From contig JBGPGO010000031.1 in NCBI GenBank assembly GCA_041483895.1, positions 1 to 19,624 on the forward strand: DNA of 19,624 nucleotides, given 5' to 3'. Position numbers and translations under genes: made by a program. How positions within the stretch are numbered: position 1 is the first letter of the stretch; every line of letters begins with the position of its first letter. A model generated the notes under the pieces. The model searched no databases. It was not told the origin of the DNA and saw only the letters and a program-made list of their open reading frames with translations. Below are positions 17,680-19,624 of the stretch, piece by piece. The DNA is from Fimbriimonadia bacterium. GTDB lineage: Bacteria > Armatimonadota > Fimbriimonadia > Fimbriimonadales > JABRVX01.

Positions 17680-18231
17680 ATGACTTTCGTAATCATCCTT
17701 CTTTCCGTGCGAAATCTACTGCTCACGGCGAGCGCGGTGGCTCCGGTGAAGCTGGACCTCGGCCCCGCCGATGCCAAACCGGCCGCAGGCTATCACCGCG
17801 TTTCCGAATCCACTAAATATGACAAGAAGCTCGGCTACGGATGGCTTGCCATCCCCGATGCGAAGCCGATGGCCCGCAAAGAGCCCGCCGATCAACGCGG
17901 GGACGCGATTGCCGGCCACCAGTACGCCGAGATGCGCATTGACATTCCAGACGGCCTGTACCGGCTAACCCTCCAGGTCGGCGACGTGGATTCGGATGAA
18001 TACTCCCTCAATCTCGATATTGATGGCCTTCGCGTCCTGACCCGCCTCCATACCCGCAAGCGCGAATTCGCGACGGTCCGGATTACCACGGCGGTCCAGG
18101 AGGGCCGGCTCCGCATCACATTCTGTTCGGATACCGAGAACTGGATGGTCTCATCCATAACCGTCGAACCCATCCAAGAGGACGAGCCACGAACGATCAG
18201 CCGAACGGTATTGCCGAAAAGCGGACAGTGA
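17680..18231 (+). CDS. Secreted protein with a galactose-binding-like beta-sandwich (resembles the N-terminal domain of rhamnogalacturonan acetylesterase/YxiM-type proteins)
   Basis: KLDLGP......GY..V.....YD...GYGW and RIDIPDG.Y..TL..GD pattern; hydrophobic N-terminus. The start could instead be GTG 17707. Confidence 0.65.
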   Translation: MTFVIILLSVRNLLLTASAVAPVKLDLGPADAKPAAGYHRVSESTKYDKKLGYGWLAIPDAKPMARKEPADQRGDAIAGHQYAEMRIDIPDGLYRLTLQVGDVDSDEYSLNLDIDGLRVLTRLHTRKREFATVRITTAVQEGRLRITFCSDTENWMVSSITVEPIQEDEPRTISRTVLPKSGQ

Positions 18232-18255
18232 TCGTCAAATGCCAAAATCGGCACC

Positions 18256-19542
18256 GTGGAAGCCAAGATACACCGTCTCGGACCCTGCTCGATCCGTTCA
18301 CCGCTCGCAGAGACGCCCTTCGTTCGTGACGACGCGAAAGTTCTGTATCATTCCTGCCCGGATGAGCTGATGGAGGCAACGAAGGAAGGCGCAGCGCCCC
18401 CGGCCTTCGAGCGCGCTGGGCCACGCGAGATGCTCTTCTTCGACCCAAAGACTGTCCGAGTGGGCATCGTCACGTGCGGCGGCCTGTGTCCCGGCACAAA
18501 CGACATCATCCGGTCAATGGTGCTGGAGCTATGCATTCGGTATGGAGCGCCATCGATCACCGGCTTTCGCTACGGGCTCCAAGGCCTTGTCAGGGAATGC
18601 GGCCACACGCCCTTGGTACTGGATCCGGTATCAGTCAAGGGGATCCAGCGTCTCGGCGGTTCCATTCTGGGATCTTCGCGCGGCTACCAGGATATTGGAA
18701 CGATGGTAACGGACATCGATGCCCTCGGCATGCAAATCCTGTTTATGGTCGGGGGAGATGGGACGCATCGGGCGGCGGAAAAGATTGCGAACGAAATCTA
18801 TCGCCGCAAAAAGCCGATCGCCATTGTCGGGTTGCCGAAAACGATCGACAACGATCTCCACTATGTTTCCCGCACCTTTGGATTCTCGACTGCCGTGTCG
18901 GAAGCCCGGTCAATCGTTCAGGCCGCTCATGTCGAAGCGCACGGGGTACCCAACGGCATTGGCATCGTCAAACTCATGGGTCGTACCTGCGGATGGATTG
19001 CCGCCCACGCGGCGCTCGCAAACAGCGAAGTGGACTTCTGTCTGATACCCGAGGTCCCGTTCCGAATGGAGGGAGCAGACGGCCTGCTGGCATCCCTGGA
19101 AGCCGCGCTGGAGCGAAATAACCATGCGGTGATCGTCGCGGCAGAGGGAGCAGGGCAGGACCTTGCGCCCGGCGAACCGGATCGCGACGAATCCGGCAAT
19201 CTGCTGCTCAAAGACATTTGCGCGCACTTGAAGGACGAGATCAAGCGCCACTTTGCCGCTGCCGGCATTCATATCCGAATCCGATACATCGATCCCAGCT
19301 ACATTATTCGTGGGGTTCCGGCCAACCCCGAGGACGCGGTGTTCTGCCAAATGCTGGCTCAAAACGCGGTCCACGCGGCGATGTCCGGCCGAACGAACAT
19401 GCTGGTCGGATATTGGAGCGACCGCTACACGCACGTCCCGCTCCACTTGGTGACTCACAAGCGCAAACGCATCGATCCGACCGGCAGCCTGTGGCAGGCG
19501 GTCCTCTCGATGACCGGCCAACCTCCATCCATGGGGACCTAA
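18256..19542 (+). CDS. pfkA: ATP-dependent 6-phosphofructokinase (clade X type)
   Basis: FERAGPRE, IVTCGGLCPG, GGSILGSSRG, GGDGT, PKTIDND, KLMGR and YIDPSYIIR motifs. GGDG rather than GGDD indicates ATP dependence. Confidence 0.92.
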   Translation: MEAKIHRLGPCSIRSPLAETPFVRDDAKVLYHSCPDELMEATKEGAAPPAFERAGPREMLFFDPKTVRVGIVTCGGLCPGTNDIIRSMVLELCIRYGAPSITGFRYGLQGLVRECGHTPLVLDPVSVKGIQRLGGSILGSSRGYQDIGTMVTDIDALGMQILFMVGGDGTHRAAEKIANEIYRRKKPIAIVGLPKTIDNDLHYVSRTFGFSTAVSEARSIVQAAHVEAHGVPNGIGIVKLMGRTCGWIAAHAALANSEVDFCLIPEVPFRMEGADGLLASLEAALERNNHAVIVAAEGAGQDLAPGEPDRDESGNLLLKDICAHLKDEIKRHFAAAGIHIRIRYIDPSYIIRGVPANPEDAVFCQMLAQNAVHAAMSGRTNMLVGYWSDRYTHVPLHLVTHKRKRIDPTGSLWQAVLSMTGQPPSMGT

Positions 19543-19544
19543 GG

Positions 19545-19620
19545 ACTCCCTCCCCCGCTTGCGGGGGAGGGCTGGGGGTCATCAAAAACTCCCTCCCCCG
19601 CTTGCGGGGGAGGGCTGGGG
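19545..19620. repeat. Two identical 33-nt palindromic REP-like repeats (period 43 nt)
   Basis: ACTCCCTCCCCCGCTTGCGGGGGAGGGCTGGGG at 19545-19577 and 19588-19620; stem CCCTCCCCCGC/GCGGGGGAGGG. Confidence 0.9.
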
Positions 19621-19624
19621 TGGG

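Noticed and set aside
18256..19542. PPi-dependent phosphofructokinase
   Set aside because: The GGDG motif indicates ATP use; PPi-dependent enzymes typically have GGDD.

Overview
GC-rich bacterial chromosomal window, probably Armatimonadota (inferred from two DUF1559-type prepilin-like genes, a small TM partner gene and a C-terminal dockerin-like secreted protein). Gene order: 3' end of an IS110-family (IS621-like) element; fadN-etfB-etfA operon; two tandem paralogous zinc-ribbon membrane proteins; D-cysteine desulfhydrase-family gene and ald; an AT-rich, palindrome-rich intergenic region followed by a degenerate methyltransferase-fold protein; a large secreted HExxH/PA14/dockerin-like protein; a prepilin-like gene with a small TM partner; glyQ-glyS; REP-like repeats; iscA; a second prepilin-like gene; a galactose-binding-like secreted protein; ATP-dependent phosphofructokinase; two terminal palindromic repeats. 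The most unusual observation is a low-GC, ~165 aa in-frame insertion with a Cys/His cluster inside GlyS. Also notable are the IS621-like junction ACAGCATCT|AC, the tandem zinc-ribbon/TM paralogues, the 7575-8737 unit and repeated leaderless-type promoters. All family calls come from motif recognition by eye, not database searches.
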